The notes under the pieces: model-generated
Database searches by the model: none
Told to the model about the DNA's origin: nothing
Seen by the model: the letters and a program-made list of their open reading frames with translations, nothing else
Made by a program: the position numbers and the translations under genes
Assembly: GCA_965219385.1 (NCBI GenBank)
Contig: CBDCNM010000002.1
Span: forward strand, 2,860,305 to 2,924,304
Origin: Candidatus Latescibacterota bacterium
GTDB taxonomy: Bacteria; Latescibacterota; UBA2968; UBA8231
Length of the DNA: 64,000 nucleotides
Direction: 5' to 3'
Part shown: positions 46,984 to 57,937 of the stretch, piece after piece
Numbering within the stretch: the stretch's first letter is position 1
How the letters are laid out: the number at the start of each line of letters is the position of its first letter

Positions 46984-48014
46984 TGTCTACGTCCGATCTA
47001 CAGAAGCCCCTCCTCCAGGTCCGCGACTTGAGGACCTATTTTTATACTGAAGAGGGTCTGGCCCGTGCCGTAGACGGGGTTTCCTTCGAGTTGGACCAAG
47101 GCGAGACCCTGGGGCTGGTGGGAGAGAGTGGCTGCGGCAAGAGCGTGAGCGCCCTGTCGATTATGCGGCTGATCTCCGATCCGCCCGGGAAGATCGAGTC
47201 CGGACAGATCCTGCTCAAGGGGCGGGATCTGCTGCAGCTGATGGACGAGGAAATGTGCCGGATCCGGGGAGACGATATCGCCATGGTCTTCCAGGAACCC
47301 ATGACCAGTCTGAATCCGGTGCTGACCTGTGGCTATCAGATCATGGAAGCGGTAATCCTGCACCAGAAGGTATCCAGGCAGGAAGCGCGCAATCGGGCCA
47401 TCGAGATGTTGAGAAGGGTGGGCATCCCGGCGCCGGAGCAGCGCATTGACGAGTATCCGCACCAGATGAGCGGCGGCATGCGCCAGCGGGTCATGATCGC
47501 CATGGCGCTTTCGTGCAATCCGGACCTGCTGATTGCCGACGAACCCACTACCGCCTTGGACGTGACCATTCAGGCGCAGGTCCTGGAGTTGTTACAGCGC
47601 CTGCAGGACGAGTTGCACATGGCCATTCTCTTGATCAGTCACGATCTGGGGGTCGTCGCCGAAATGGTCGACCGGGTAGCCGTGATGTACGCCGGCAAAA
47701 TCGTCGAACACGCCCGGGTCGAACAACTCTTCAGGAGTCCTGAACATCCTTATACGAGGGGCTTGCTGCAGTCGATTCCCCGCCTGGACGAGCGCGTGGA
47801 GCGGCTGGAGATCATTCCTGGCATGGTGCCCGATGTCCGCGGTTTTCCCTCCGGATGTCGGTTCAATCCGCGCTGTCCCGTGGCAGTGGCGGCTTGTCGG
47901 GAAGAGGAGCCTGTCCTGGAAGAACGGGAAGAGGGGCACTGGGTGAGTTGCTGGAGAACGGATAGCGCGGAGGCCGACAAGACAGACCCCAATGCGGCGA
48001 TGGGTCATGCTTGA
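46983..48014 (+). CDS. Oligopeptide/dipeptide ABC transporter ATP-binding protein (OppD/DppD-like).
   Basis: Walker A GESGCGKS, signature [16 protein letters not shown]-terminal oligopeptide-ABC extension. The track ORF from 46326 is an over-extension. Confidence 0.8.
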   Translation: MSTSDLQKPLLQVRDLRTYFYTEEGLARAVDGVSFELDQGETLGLVGESGCGKSVSALSIMRLISDPPGKIESGQILLKGRDLLQLMDEEMCRIRGDDIAMVFQEPMTSLNPVLTCGYQIMEAVILHQKVSRQEARNRAIEMLRRVGIPAPEQRIDEYPHQMSGGMRQRVMIAMALSCNPDLLIADEPTTALDVTIQAQVLELLQRLQDELHMAILLISHDLGVVAEMVDRVAVMYAGKIVEHARVEQLFRSPEHPYTRGLLQSIPRLDERVERLEIIPGMVPDVRGFPSGCRFNPRCPVAVAACREEEPVLEEREEGHWVSCWRTDSAEADKTDPNAAMGHA

Positions 48015-49062
48015 GTCCCGGCCTTTGCTGAGGGCGCGCAATCTGAAGAAGTACTTCCCCGTCCGCGCGGGGTTGTGGAGCCGGAGACGGGCCTGGGTCA
48101 AAGCGGTCGACGGGGTCTCCCTGGAGATCTGGCCGGGAGAGACCCTGGGAGTGGTGGGAGAAAGCGGCTGCGGCAAGACCACCCTTGGGCGTTTGCTGCT
48201 GCGCCTGATCGAGGCCACCGAGGGCGAGGTCTATTTCGATAGTGCCAATTTGTCGCGGCTTGACCACAAGGAGATGCGCGCCTGGCGCCGCCAGATGCAG
48301 ATCATTTTTCAGGATCCCTACGGCTCGCTCAATCCGCGCATACGCGTGGGCCATATCGTCGGGGAGGCGCTGAAGATCCACCGCCTGGCCGCCCGGCACG
48401 AACTGTCCGGCCGCGTGGAGCGGCTGCTGGAAATGGTCGGACTGTCCGCGGCGCATGCGGGCCGTTACCCGCACGAGTTCAGCGGGGGGCAACGCCAGCG
48501 CATCGGCATTGCCCGGGCCCTGGCGGTGAATCCACGGTTCATCGTGGCCGATGAGCCGGTATCGGCGCTCGATGTGTCGATCCAGGCCCAGATCATTAAT
48601 TTATTGCAGGATCTGCAGCGCGATATGGGGCTGACCTATCTCTTCATTGCCCATGATCTGAGCGTGGTGCGACACATTTCCGACCGGGTGGCGGTGATGT
48701 ACCTGGGGCGGATCGTGGAAGTGGCAAAGCGCGATCAGTTCTATCGGTCTCCTTCCCACCCCTACACCCGGGCCTTGCTGTCCGCGGTACCTGTGCCCGA
48801 TCCACAAGCGCAGCGCCGGCGCACCATCCTGGAGGGGGATGTCCCCGATCCGGCGGCGACGCCTTCGGGCTGTCCTTTTCACCCGCGCTGTCCGGAACGG
48901 CGGGATATATGCGGCCGCATGGTTCCCGAACTGGTGGATCTGGGCGAGGACCACAAGGTAGCGTGTTTGTTGCGCTATCCCGAGGTGGTAAAGCTCGAGA
49001 TGGGGATTCCAGTAGATGCTACAAGCAGAGAGTCCACGGCGGACTCCAACACAGGAGAATAA
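48007..49062 (+). CDS. Oligopeptide/dipeptide ABC transporter ATP-binding protein (OppF/DppF-like).
   Basis: [35 protein letters not shown]. Confidence 0.8.
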   Translation: MLESRPLLRARNLKKYFPVRAGLWSRRRAWVKAVDGVSLEIWPGETLGVVGESGCGKTTLGRLLLRLIEATEGEVYFDSANLSRLDHKEMRAWRRQMQIIFQDPYGSLNPRIRVGHIVGEALKIHRLAARHELSGRVERLLEMVGLSAAHAGRYPHEFSGGQRQRIGIARALAVNPRFIVADEPVSALDVSIQAQIINLLQDLQRDMGLTYLFIAHDLSVVRHISDRVAVMYLGRIVEVAKRDQFYRSPSHPYTRALLSAVPVPDPQAQRRRTILEGDVPDPAATPSGCPFHPRCPERRDICGRMVPELVDLGEDHKVACLLRYPEVVKLEMGIPVDATSRESTADSNTGE

Positions 49063-49068
49063 AAGCGT

Positions 49069-50889
49069 ATGATGACGAAACTGCGGGAAAAAACCGCGGT
49101 CATTCTATGGATTGTGATATTCGCCTTTATCGGCTTGATCGTGGTCGAATGGGGCGCCGATTATTCCGGCACCTCGCAGACCTCGGCGGGCAACACCGTG
49201 GGGGTGGTCAACGGCAGGAAGATATCGCACCAGGAATTCCGCGACAGACTGAGCTTTGCGGCTCAACAGCAGCGCCAGCAGCCCCGTGGCGATGCCGACC
49301 AGGAAGGCCGTCTGGTGCGCGAGATCTGGGACAGCTTCGTCAGCAATATACTGGTCAACCAGGAGATAGAGCGCCTGGGCATCGAGGTCACGGACCAGGA
49401 ATTGGCGCACTACGCCCGGACCCGTCCTCCGGCCGATGTGCAGAATCTGGAATTCTTTCAGACCGATGGCGAGTTCGACCTGGTCAAGTACAGCCAGTTC
49501 ATCACCGATCCCGCCACCTACAGCGATCCCACCGGCAAGAGCATCGTCCGCTATATCGAGGAAACCTTGAGACGGCAGGTGCGGGTCAACAGGCTCCAGC
49601 GGCTGGTCATGGAGACCACGCAGGTGAGTCCGTCCGCGGTCCGGGAGCACTATGTCGAGCAGAACGAAAAAGTCGAAGTGGAATACCTGTTCGCACCCGC
49701 CAGTGCGGTGCAAGACGACGAGGTGACCGTCTCCGAGGCGGATCTGGAGGCCTATTACCAGGAGCACCTCGACCAGTATCACCACCACGAGCAGATCAAG
49801 GTTGCCCACGTGTTCTGGCCCAGGGCGCCTACGACCGAGGATTCGTTGAAGATCCTTGAAAAAATCGAAGGGTATCGTCGGGAAATCCTCGATGGTACGG
49901 ACTTTGCCGAGCTGGCCGAGGAGGTATCCGAAGATGCGGGAACGGCAGCCAGTGGAGGCGACCTGGGGGAATTCGGCCGGGGGCGCATGGTCCCGGCCTT
50001 TGAGGAGGCGGCTTTTGGTCTGCCCGCAGGAGAAATCTCCGAGCCTGTGCTGACGCGCTTTGGCTGGCACCTCATCAAGGTCGAGGAGCGGCTCGAGAAA
50101 GAGGGGGAGGAGAAGGTCCGGGCCCGCCACATCCTCCTCGAGGTCAAGGCTTCGCGCCAGACCGAAGAGGCCCTGCGCACCCGGGTGGAAGACTTTCTCG
50201 CCCTGGCCGAAACGAGGGGCTTCAAAACCGCGGCCCAGATCGACAGCCTGCAGGTGCAGGAGAGCCCCTACCTGAACAAGGGGACCGTGGTGCCCGGCCT
50301 GGGGACGGGCACGGCCTGGCTGGTCAATCTGTTTTTCAACAGCGAGGTGGGCACCATCAGCAGGTGGGCCAGCAACGAGCGAGGGTACTGGGTCGCCGAG
50401 CTGGTCGAACGCCGTCCCGAGGGCGTGGCCTCTCTCGAAGAGGTCCGCCAGCAACTCGAACGAAGAGTACTGAACCAGAAAAAAAGCGAGTATGCCGGCC
50501 AGCAGCTGGAGCAGATCCGCCAGCAGGTGATAGACGGCGCCAGCCTGGCCCAGACCGCCACCGCGGCCGCTCTGGAACTGCGCCAACCCGAGCCCTTTTC
50601 CCGCTCTGAAAGCGTTGACAGGGTCGGCCGCAAGAACGCCTTTGTCGGCGCGGCATTTTGCCTGGAGTCGGGCGAGTTGAGCGCGGTTATCACCCTGCCC
50701 CAGGGGAGTTATCTGATCCATCTGGTCAATAAAATCCCGATCGACGAAGAACAATTCGAAGCAGAGCGCGAACAGGTGAGGCAGACCCTGCTGCGCCAGC
50801 GTCAGAGCGAAGTGTGGCAGACCTGGTCGGCGAAGGTTTACGAATCGGCGGAGATCGAAGACAATCGACATCTTTTCTATACTTTTTGA
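49069..50889 (+). CDS. Periplasmic chaperone / parvulin-type peptidylprolyl isomerase (PpiD/SurA-like).
   Basis: N-terminal TM anchor; PpiC-type rotamase domain (ARHILLEVK...). Confidence 0.7.
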   Translation: MMTKLREKTAVILWIVIFAFIGLIVVEWGADYSGTSQTSAGNTVGVVNGRKISHQEFRDRLSFAAQQQRQQPRGDADQEGRLVREIWDSFVSNILVNQEIERLGIEVTDQELAHYARTRPPADVQNLEFFQTDGEFDLVKYSQFITDPATYSDPTGKSIVRYIEETLRRQVRVNRLQRLVMETTQVSPSAVREHYVEQNEKVEVEYLFAPASAVQDDEVTVSEADLEAYYQEHLDQYHHHEQIKVAHVFWPRAPTTEDSLKILEKIEGYRREILDGTDFAELAEEVSEDAGTAASGGDLGEFGRGRMVPAFEEAAFGLPAGEISEPVLTRFGWHLIKVEERLEKEGEEKVRARHILLEVKASRQTEEALRTRVEDFLALAETRGFKTAAQIDSLQVQESPYLNKGTVVPGLGTGTAWLVNLFFNSEVGTISRWASNERGYWVAELVERRPEGVASLEEVRQQLERRVLNQKKSEYAGQQLEQIRQQVIDGASLAQTATAAALELRQPEPFSRSESVDRVGRKNAFVGAAFCLESGELSAVITLPQGSYLIHLVNKIPIDEEQFEAEREQVRQTLLRQRQSEVWQTWSAKVYESAEIEDNRHLFYTF

Positions 50890-50905
50890 GCGAGGAGGGA
50901 AAGGC

Positions 50906-51817
50906 ATGCCAGCGGAACCAGGAAATACCAGAGTTGGTTTTGTCGGGTTGGGGATCATGGGAGCCCCCATGGCCCTGAACCTGATGAAGGCGGGATACGC
51001 CCTGAAGGTGTACAATCGCAGCGACCGTCCGCGCGTCCAGGCGGTGGTGGATGCTGGAGCGGAGCGCGTGGCGACCCCCAGGGAAGCCGCGGAGGGCTGC
51101 ACCGTGATCATCACCATGGTCACCGATACCCCGGATGTAGAGGCCGTCGTCCTCGGAGAGGACGGAGTGGTGCACGGAGCCGCCCCCGGGACCTCGGTGA
51201 TCGATATGAGCACGGTCTCGCCGCGGGTGACCCGGGAAATTGCCGCTGAACTTGAGAGCAAGGGCATCGACATGCTCGATGCGCCGGTGAGCGGTGGCGA
51301 TGTTGGGGCGCGGAACGCCACCCTTTCCATCATGGTCGGTGGAAAAGAGGAGGTATTCAACGAGTGCCTGCCCGTTTTCGAGGCCATGGGCAAAAGCATC
51401 AACCTGATCGGCGGCAACGGCGCCGGCCAGACCACCAAGCTGTGCAACCAGATCGCCGTTTCCGTGAACAACCTGGCCATGGCCGAAGCCCTGATGCTGG
51501 CGGCGGGTTCAGATCTGGATGTGAAAAAGGTGCTCGACGCCATCAGCGGTGGGGCCGCGGGTTCCTGGCAGCTGAGCAATCTGGGACCGCGGATCCTCGA
51601 CGACGATTTCGCCCCGGGTTTCATGGTCAAGTTGCAGCAGAAAGACCTGAAACTGGTGCTCCAGGCAGCCAACGATGTCAAACTGGCCCTGCCGGGCGCG
51701 GGTCTGGCGCACCAGTTTTTCAATATCGTCGAGCGGGCCGGCGGTGCCGAAGAGGGCACCCAGGCCCTGATCAAGGCCTATGAGATGCAGGCGGACAAGC
51801 AAGCCCGGTCCGGGTGA
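50906..51817 (+). CDS. NAD(P)-dependent 3-hydroxyisobutyrate / 2-hydroxy-3-oxopropionate reductase family dehydrogenase.
   Basis: GFVGLGIMGAPMALNL Rossmann motif; 6PGDH-like C-terminal domain. Confidence 0.75.
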   Translation: MPAEPGNTRVGFVGLGIMGAPMALNLMKAGYALKVYNRSDRPRVQAVVDAGAERVATPREAAEGCTVIITMVTDTPDVEAVVLGEDGVVHGAAPGTSVIDMSTVSPRVTREIAAELESKGIDMLDAPVSGGDVGARNATLSIMVGGKEEVFNECLPVFEAMGKSINLIGGNGAGQTTKLCNQIAVSVNNLAMAEALMLAAGSDLDVKKVLDAISGGAAGSWQLSNLGPRILDDDFAPGFMVKLQQKDLKLVLQAANDVKLALPGAGLAHQFFNIVERAGGAEEGTQALIKAYEMQADKQARSG

Positions 51818-51859
51818 GGGGCCTTGCTCACTCTTGCGGTAGGAACGAGAATTCGCCAT

Positions 51860-52651
51860 ATGCTGGAACTCAAAAAAGTTGGGCTCCTGGTGCGCGATGC
51901 GGACCAGGACTATCCCCTCGAGGAGATGCTGGGAATCTTCGACAAGCAGGGGATAGACCTGGTCTTGCTGAATGAGATAAAGGTTGCGCCCGACGAGATG
52001 GACCTGGTGATGGCCCTGGGAGGAGACGGCACGGCGCTGCAGGCGCTGGATCGTTTTCCCCAATGTCCGGTTCTGGCCATCAACTTCGGCACGGTCGGAT
52101 TCCTGACGGCTGGTGACCGGGCCGATCTCGAGCACATCGTCTCATTGCTGGTCGAAGGCAAGTTCCTCATCAGTGAGCGGTTGGTGCTGGACTGCCAGTA
52201 CCCGGGCGGAACTCGCCGCGCGATCAACGAGGTGATGGTGCGCACCAGCAATCGCCTGATCTTCACGGATGTTTTTGTGGACGACACCAAAATCCGCACC
52301 ATCCGTGCGGACGGGGTAGTGGTGGGCACGCCCACGGGCAGCACCGCGCACTTGCTGGCCATGGGCGCGCCCATTGTAATGCCGGATGTGCGCTGCATGG
52401 TTCTGGACGGCATAAACGAATACAACTTTTCCTCGCGCGCCCTGATTCTGCCGCCGGAGTCCCGCATCTGCCTGCACATCAGTCCGGAGACCCGCGACCC
52501 CCACGTGTACCTGACCATGGACGGCCACCAGCTGGGTTCGCTCAGCCCGGGACAGGATGTGCACATTTGCCAGTCCCGCCACACCGCCAAGCTGATTTAC
52601 TTCGAGTCGAATTACTTCTTTCACAACCTTTCATCCAAGCTCTCCTGGTGA
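51860..52651 (+). CDS. nadK: NAD+ kinase.
   Basis: GGDGT motif (MALGGDGTALQA), NE/DGIVV-type motif. Confidence 0.8.
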   Translation: MLELKKVGLLVRDADQDYPLEEMLGIFDKQGIDLVLLNEIKVAPDEMDLVMALGGDGTALQALDRFPQCPVLAINFGTVGFLTAGDRADLEHIVSLLVEGKFLISERLVLDCQYPGGTRRAINEVMVRTSNRLIFTDVFVDDTKIRTIRADGVVVGTPTGSTAHLLAMGAPIVMPDVRCMVLDGINEYNFSSRALILPPESRICLHISPETRDPHVYLTMDGHQLGSLSPGQDVHICQSRHTAKLIYFESNYFFHNLSSKLSW

Positions 52652-52666
52652 GAAGAAAGGATTGAC

Positions 52667-52960
52667 GTGAAGTTCATTGTAACAGGAGCGGACCGTCCCC
52701 TGGGCGGGTTGCTGTGCCGCGACCTGGGCCGGGAATACGAGATTGTAGGAGTGGGCCTGGCCGCGGCGTCCTCCGAGGATCTGGGCGAATGGGCCTACCA
52801 GTGCGTGGACGCGGCCATCAATCTGACGGCGGTGCGGCCTCATCCCGTCCTGGCCTTCAGGGTCAAGGTACAGGACGGACAAAGCCAAACGACTTCTGGG
52901 TTGGGAGGCCCGAGATACCTTTGAAGAACTCTACCGGGTGCGGGGGTGAAAAGAGCGGCT
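52667..52960 (+). pseudogene. Internally deleted, frameshifted remnant of an NAD-dependent epimerase/dehydratase.
   Basis: N-terminal Rossmann MKFIVTGADRPLGGLL in one frame and a C-terminal-type KAKRLLGWEARDTFEELYRV in another frame only ~70 codons later. The central ~200 aa are absent. Confidence 0.45.
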
Positions 52961-52994
52961 CGCCGATTTGCGTCCGGTACTGATTTTCATCCAC

Positions 52995-54275
52995 TCACGT
53001 AGCGCGGGGTGTGCCGAAACCATCGTTGGTCACGTGGCTGCGCGCCGGGATTTCCGCCTTTTCCGGGATGACCAGGTCCAGTTCGGAGACGTTCTCGATG
53101 ATGGTGCCGTCACCCACCCGCACGTCCTGGCCCAGGCGTATCCTGCCGGGTCTTCGATCCCCGCTCTTGATGGTGCCGATGACCACCGAGGAGCCGATGT
53201 AGCAATTGGAAGCGATTTCTACCAGGCCGTTGACCTCTGCATTGGGACCGATGACCGCGTGATCGCCGATGTGTACCGGACCGAAGAGGTCGGCGTCCGT
53301 ACCAATGAACACATAGTCCCCGATCGTGGGATGGCGTTGCTGCACCTTCTCGCTCAGACCGCCCAGAGTACAGGGCAGGAGGTGGCACCCGGAGCCGATG
53401 GTCCCGGTCTGTCCGGTGGTGATTCCACGGTGGGGATGATCCAGGAAATTGGCATCGCCGATCTTGGTTTCGGGATGCAGGTCGGCCTGGTAGTAACGGC
53501 CTCCCAGTTCGGAGATGGCGCGCGGCAACAAGGGTACGGGCATGCGCTGCAGTTCGTCGTTGCCCGCGGCGCGGCCCGAGCGCGTCAGGGCATGGGCGAT
53601 GTCGTGATAGAAAAGCACCCGCCAGCCAGGATACGTACTCATCACCAGCTGCATCTGGTAGGCAAAGATGAACTCGCCCCCCAGGCCTTGCAGAAAGTCG
53701 CGATAGGATTCGAAATCCCTTTGCACAATCGCTTCTTCGATGCGGCGGCTGAAGTCGAAGGCGGCCAGCTTCTCCTGGGACAAGCCGTCGTAGGCGTGCA
53801 GCAAGTAGGCATCCCAGACCGCCGGATCGGTCAGAGAGGCAAAACGGTTCCACAGGGCGCGCTCCTTGAAAACGGGTAGTTCCCACAGCAGCGCAAAGGT
53901 GGCCATAAGCGCCTTGTCTTCCAGGTTGTCGTCCTCTCCCGCGGCCAGCAGGGACTGGGCGATCATGGCATAGAGCTGATCGGCCAGTTCCTCTACTATT
54001 TCTTCCAGGTCGTGCTTGAGGGATCGCGGATCCAGGGCGTTGTGCGACCCTGGGGCCACGCACTCGAGCAGATTTCCCAGCACGGTCTCAAGGATGTCCC
54101 GATTGACAAAACCGCGGCCCGAGCGCTGGGAGAGGATCGCCTTGTTGACCGGGTCGATGCACAGGGCTTCCAGCTCCTCGGCCGAGTAGACCGGGCGCAG
54201 GATCTCCAGAACCTGGTTCAGCAGGGTCTGTTTGCGTTGCGCGTAGGTAGTGTCAAAGAGGGTCGTCGTGCTCAT
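52995..54275 (-). CDS. Serine O-acetyltransferase-like hexapeptide-repeat protein with ~150-aa N-terminal extension.
   Basis: C-terminal DLHPETKIGDANFLDHPHRGITTGQTGTIGSGCHLLPCTLGG is very CysE-like. N-terminal region of unknown function. Confidence 0.55.
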   Translation of the reverse strand: MSTTTLFDTTYAQRKQTLLNQVLEILRPVYSAEELEALCIDPVNKAILSQRSGRGFVNRDILETVLGNLLECVAPGSHNALDPRSLKHDLEEIVEELADQLYAMIAQSLLAAGEDDNLEDKALMATFALLWELPVFKERALWNRFASLTDPAVWDAYLLHAYDGLSQEKLAAFDFSRRIEEAIVQRDFESYRDFLQGLGGEFIFAYQMQLVMSTYPGWRVLFYHDIAHALTRSGRAAGNDELQRMPVPLLPRAISELGGRYYQADLHPETKIGDANFLDHPHRGITTGQTGTIGSGCHLLPCTLGGLSEKVQQRHPTIGDYVFIGTDADLFGPVHIGDHAVIGPNAEVNGLVEIASNCYIGSSVVIGTIKSGDRRPGRIRLGQDVRVGDGTIIENVSELDLVIPEKAEIPARSHVTNDGFGTPRAT

Positions 54276-54449
54276 CTATTAGGCCATGTGGAATACTTCA
54301 TAAAAATCTACGGATAAAGACAATTCCCACCACCTTTGCGCCGGGAACAACGGCGGTTTTTTTCTTGCACCCAGTGGGGAAGCACGTATTTTAACCTGGA
54401 AGAATATAGAGACTCAACGATAAACATCCAATACAGAGGAGATTTTCCC

Positions 54450-55247
54450 ATGCACCCATTCGAAGATCTCGTCGTCCCGGAAAACGCGGTCGGCCTTCAC
54501 TGGTTCGGCCAGAGTAGCTTTGCGCTCAAGGATTCCGCCGGTAGCATCGTTCAGGTCGACCCCTATTACCCCAGGGAGCGCCCCTCCGATCGTTTTATCC
54601 ATGCCCGGCCGCCCTTGCACGAGGACTCGCTGCGCACCGACTACGCCCTGCTGACCCACAATCACGGGGACCACACCTGCATAGAGTCCATTGACCGCAT
54701 TCGCGGGGCCTATCCCCAGGTGCGCTACGTCGGCCCCCCGGAAAGCGTGCAGAACCTGCGGGAGGCCGGCATCCCCGCGGCCCACTGCACCACGGTGACC
54801 GCCGGCGACGAGGCCGGCCTGGGGAGCATGAAGGCGCACGCGGTCTGGGCCAAACCTCCGGACGGGCTGCCAGAGGACGAGATCGAGCCGCCCGATGTCC
54901 AGCACCTGGGATATGTGGTGGCTGCCGGCGGGGTGCGGGTCTACTTTTCCGGGGACCCGGTCAATACCTTTGCCGATCACGAGCCCCTGCTGCAGCCCAT
55001 CCGCGCTCTCCGTCCGGATGTCGGCTTCCTTACCAACCACCCGGACGAAGGGGAGTTCCCCTTCTTCGGGGGATCGGCTAAAATGGCGGTCGAGCTAGGC
55101 CTCAAGGCCGCGGTACCGGCCCATTACGCCTGCTTTATAAGCCGCAACTACGATCCGCAGGAGTGGGCTTCCCACCTGCCGGCGAACGGGCCTGAGCCGC
55201 TGATCATTCCCTACAATCAGTCCTTGGTCTACAGCCCGCCGGCCTGA
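54450..55247 (+). CDS. MBL-fold metallo-hydrolase.
   Basis: THNHGDH motif. AGAGGA RBS before ATG 54450. Confidence 0.65.
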   Translation: MHPFEDLVVPENAVGLHWFGQSSFALKDSAGSIVQVDPYYPRERPSDRFIHARPPLHEDSLRTDYALLTHNHGDHTCIESIDRIRGAYPQVRYVGPPESVQNLREAGIPAAHCTTVTAGDEAGLGSMKAHAVWAKPPDGLPEDEIEPPDVQHLGYVVAAGGVRVYFSGDPVNTFADHEPLLQPIRALRPDVGFLTNHPDEGEFPFFGGSAKMAVELGLKAAVPAHYACFISRNYDPQEWASHLPANGPEPLIIPYNQSLVYSPPA

Positions 55248-55249
55248 GC

Positions 55250-56764
55250 ATGCAGTATCTGAAGGTCAAGACCCACCCAGAAGGCGCGCTACTGCCCAGA
55301 GGAGAGCAGCTGGCCTGGAAAATCGCCGCCATGGCGGCCCGCAACAAGGAAGCCGACGAAGATGTGGTCGAGATGATCGGCAACCGCCTCATCGACAACG
55401 CCGCCGTGGCCCTGGCCGCCATCAACCGGCCGCCAGTGCGCCATGCCCGGCTTCTCGCCCTGGGCTACCCACATCCGGACAACGCGGGCGCGCGGCTCTT
55501 CGGGGTGACCAACCAGCGCACCTTTCACTGCGAATGGGCGGCCCTGGCCAATGGCGTGGCCGTGCGCGAGCTGGACATGCACGACTGCTACCTGGCGGCG
55601 GATTACTCGCACCCCGGGGACACCATCCCCGGGCTCCTGGCCACGGCGCAGCAGGCCGGCTGCACGGGCCGGGATTTTTTGCTGGGAGTGCTGACCGCGT
55701 ACGAAGCCCAGATGGCCTTGGTCACCGGCATCTGCTTGCACCAACACAAGATCGACCACGTAGCCCACCTGGCGCCGGCCGTGGCCGCGGGCCTGGGCAC
55801 CCTGCTCCACCTGTCCGTCGAGGAGATCTTCCAGGCCGTCAACCAGAGCGTCCACCTGTCCTGCTCCACCCGCCAGGCCCGCAAGGGCGATATCACCAGC
55901 TGGAAGGCCTATGCCCCGGCCCAGGCCAACAAGATCGCCATCGAAGCCGTGGGCCGGGCGCGTCTGGGCGAGCGCGCTCCCTCGCCGATCTACGAGGGTG
56001 AAGACGCAGTCATCGCCTGGCTGCTCGGTGGCCCGGAGACCGAGTACACCGTGCCCCTGCCCGAGCCTGGGGAGCGGCTGCGCGCCATCATGCAATCCTA
56101 CACCAAGGAGCACTCGGCCGAGTACCAGGCCCAGGCCCTGATCGATATAGGCTTCAATCTGCACGCCCGCCCAATCGACCTGGACCAGGTGGAGGTGGTG
56201 GTGGTCCGCACCAGCCACCACACCCACCACGTTATCGGCACTGGCTCCAACGATCCCCAGAAGATGGACCCGGACGCTTCGCGCGAGACCCTGGACCACA
56301 GCGCCATGTACATCCTGGCCGTGGCCTGGGAGGACGGCGCCTGGCACCACGTGCACAGCTATACCTCTGAACGGGCGCACCGGCCCTCCACGGTAAGGCT
56401 GTGGCAAACCATACGCACCAAGGAGGTGGAGGAATGGACCCGGGCCTACCACGACCCGAATCCGCGTCACAAGAAGTTCGGCGCCGAGGTGGTGGTCCGT
56501 CTCCGGGATGGCGCGGAGATCGTCGAGCGCCTGGACAATCCCAATGCCCATTCCCTGGGCGCCCGGCCCTTCCAGCGGCCGGACTACGTGGCCAAGTTGT
56601 GCACCCTCACCGAGGGGTTGGTGGAGGAGGGCGAGGTAGGGCGTTTCCTGGGGCTGGTGGAGGATCTGCCCGCACTTGATCCGGGGCAGGTAAGGGCGTT
56701 CAATCTGGTGGTGCCGGAAGAGCGGCTGGAGGATGGTTTCAGCGACAGGGTGGGGATTATTTGA
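55250..56764 (+). CDS. MmgE/PrpD-family protein (2-methylcitrate dehydratase-like).
   Basis: 504 aa; N-terminal region typical of PrpD. Confidence 0.7.
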   Translation: MQYLKVKTHPEGALLPRGEQLAWKIAAMAARNKEADEDVVEMIGNRLIDNAAVALAAINRPPVRHARLLALGYPHPDNAGARLFGVTNQRTFHCEWAALANGVAVRELDMHDCYLAADYSHPGDTIPGLLATAQQAGCTGRDFLLGVLTAYEAQMALVTGICLHQHKIDHVAHLAPAVAAGLGTLLHLSVEEIFQAVNQSVHLSCSTRQARKGDITSWKAYAPAQANKIAIEAVGRARLGERAPSPIYEGEDAVIAWLLGGPETEYTVPLPEPGERLRAIMQSYTKEHSAEYQAQALIDIGFNLHARPIDLDQVEVVVVRTSHHTHHVIGTGSNDPQKMDPDASRETLDHSAMYILAVAWEDGAWHHVHSYTSERAHRPSTVRLWQTIRTKEVEEWTRAYHDPNPRHKKFGAEVVVRLRDGAEIVERLDNPNAHSLGARPFQRPDYVAKLCTLTEGLVEEGEVGRFLGLVEDLPALDPGQVRAFNLVVPEERLEDGFSDRVGII

Positions 56765-56968
56765 AATCGAACGTCGCGCGGCCTGCGCGAGCTGCCGTAC
56801 CCAGCGGCGGCCGGTCTTCCTCGTCAATGGCTTCGCGGACGACGTGGACGACCTCGACATAGTCGGTCGCGCATGAGATCGTAGGTCTTCTCCCAGTTCA
56901 GTCACGGCGCCGTGCAGTGATTCGCCTCTAAGGGTCACCCCGGCGCCCCTCCGTTACCAGAGAACTCG

Positions 56969-57919
56969 TCAAAATCCGCAGCGCTTGGCCGCCCGGAAGA
57001 AGGGATCGGCCACCGCCGCGCCGCCGCGGTAGACCATATCGCTGGTCATGGGGTGGGCGCAGATCAGGCGGGCGCCGTTTTCCATGGCCTTGACCATGCC
57101 GTCTTCGATGTCTTTAGGATCCTCCATGGAGCCGGAACCCACGACCCGGCCGGTGTGCACCCCGCGTTCGGCCGCGGCCCTGAACAGGGCGTGGATGGCG
57201 TCCTCTACCTGGGGCAGTTCGCCCTCCCGAAGGATGGCGTCGAAGGGGCCGACAAAACCGCAGGCCTTGTTCGGCCCCTGGGCGGACATCAAGCCCAGGA
57301 CCTGGTCGCGGATTTCTTCGTCGATGATGTACTCGGCGGTTTCGAACTGGATCCAGCCCTGGGTTTCGGTCTCGGAATTGCGCAGTTCACGGGGGGTGAA
57401 CATCATGGTGCGCTCGCCGTCGCGCACCGGGTAGCCGCCTCTGTCGTCGGGCGTGGCCTGGCCAGGGACGGGGAAGTTGATGGAACTGTAGTAGCGCTCG
57501 GCCTCTTGGTAGGTGGTGCCGTAGGGCCGCATGGTGGCCCGTGCTCCCATCTGGAAGGCATCCCCGTGTTCGCTGCGGGCTTCGCGGTGCAGCCGCTGGA
57601 TTCCCAGCATCCCCAGACGGTTCTGGATGGCGTGTTGTTCCCTGCCGTAGCGTCCGTCCACCTGGCAGTGCTCGCCGTCGTTGACGATCCAGGAAAAGCC
57701 GGCCTTGGCCCAGGCAAAGGCTTCGTTCTCGCGGAACTGGTGCCAGGGAATGTCGTTGAACACGCCGAGCAGGGGCGGGGTTTTTTCGACGGATTCGGCC
57801 TGGTCTAGGATCGCCTTGAGGGGATTGCGAGTGGGGTTCAGGGTGTAGTCGTAAGCCCGGCGGGCAAACGCCTCTGCTTTGAGGGGGCGGTTTCCTCCGA
57901 TGGCTTCTAGGGCATCCAT
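56969..57919 (-). CDS. Hypothetical protein; possibly HpcH/HpaI-aldolase / CitE-like lyase fold.
   Basis: Composition looks real versus the antisense frame. Family assignment is tentative. Confidence 0.3.
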   Translation of the reverse strand: MDALEAIGGNRPLKAEAFARRAYDYTLNPTRNPLKAILDQAESVEKTPPLLGVFNDIPWHQFRENEAFAWAKAGFSWIVNDGEHCQVDGRYGREQHAIQNRLGMLGIQRLHREARSEHGDAFQMGARATMRPYGTTYQEAERYYSSINFPVPGQATPDDRGGYPVRDGERTMMFTPRELRNSETETQGWIQFETAEYIIDEEIRDQVLGLMSAQGPNKACGFVGPFDAILREGELPQVEDAIHALFRAAAERGVHTGRVVGSGSMEDPKDIEDGMVKAMENGARLICAHPMTSDMVYRGGAAVADPFFRAAKRCGF

Positions 57920-57937
57920 GTCTTTCTCCTGATAATT

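Noticed and set aside
46326-48014. A 562-aa ORF suggesting a large fusion protein.
   Set aside because: It is an upstream in-frame extension through the lplA-like gene in another frame. The ABC ATPase begins at ATG 46983, overlapping the preceding stop as TGATG. The same over-extension explains the 31350-32888, 28371-29744, 22786-23973 and 11702-12883 track ORFs.
49105-51774. An 889-aa ORF antisense to ppiD-like and the dehydrogenase gene; also 55289-56938 (549 aa), 59930-61564 (544 aa), 44002-45522 (506 aa), 1590-2987 (465 aa), 19702-20973 (423 aa) and many 200-350-aa antisense ORFs.
   Set aside because: High GC3 on the coding strand removes stop codons from the antisense frames. The products are Arg/Ala/Pro/Gln/His-rich low-complexity sequences, while the opposite strands carry clear family signatures.
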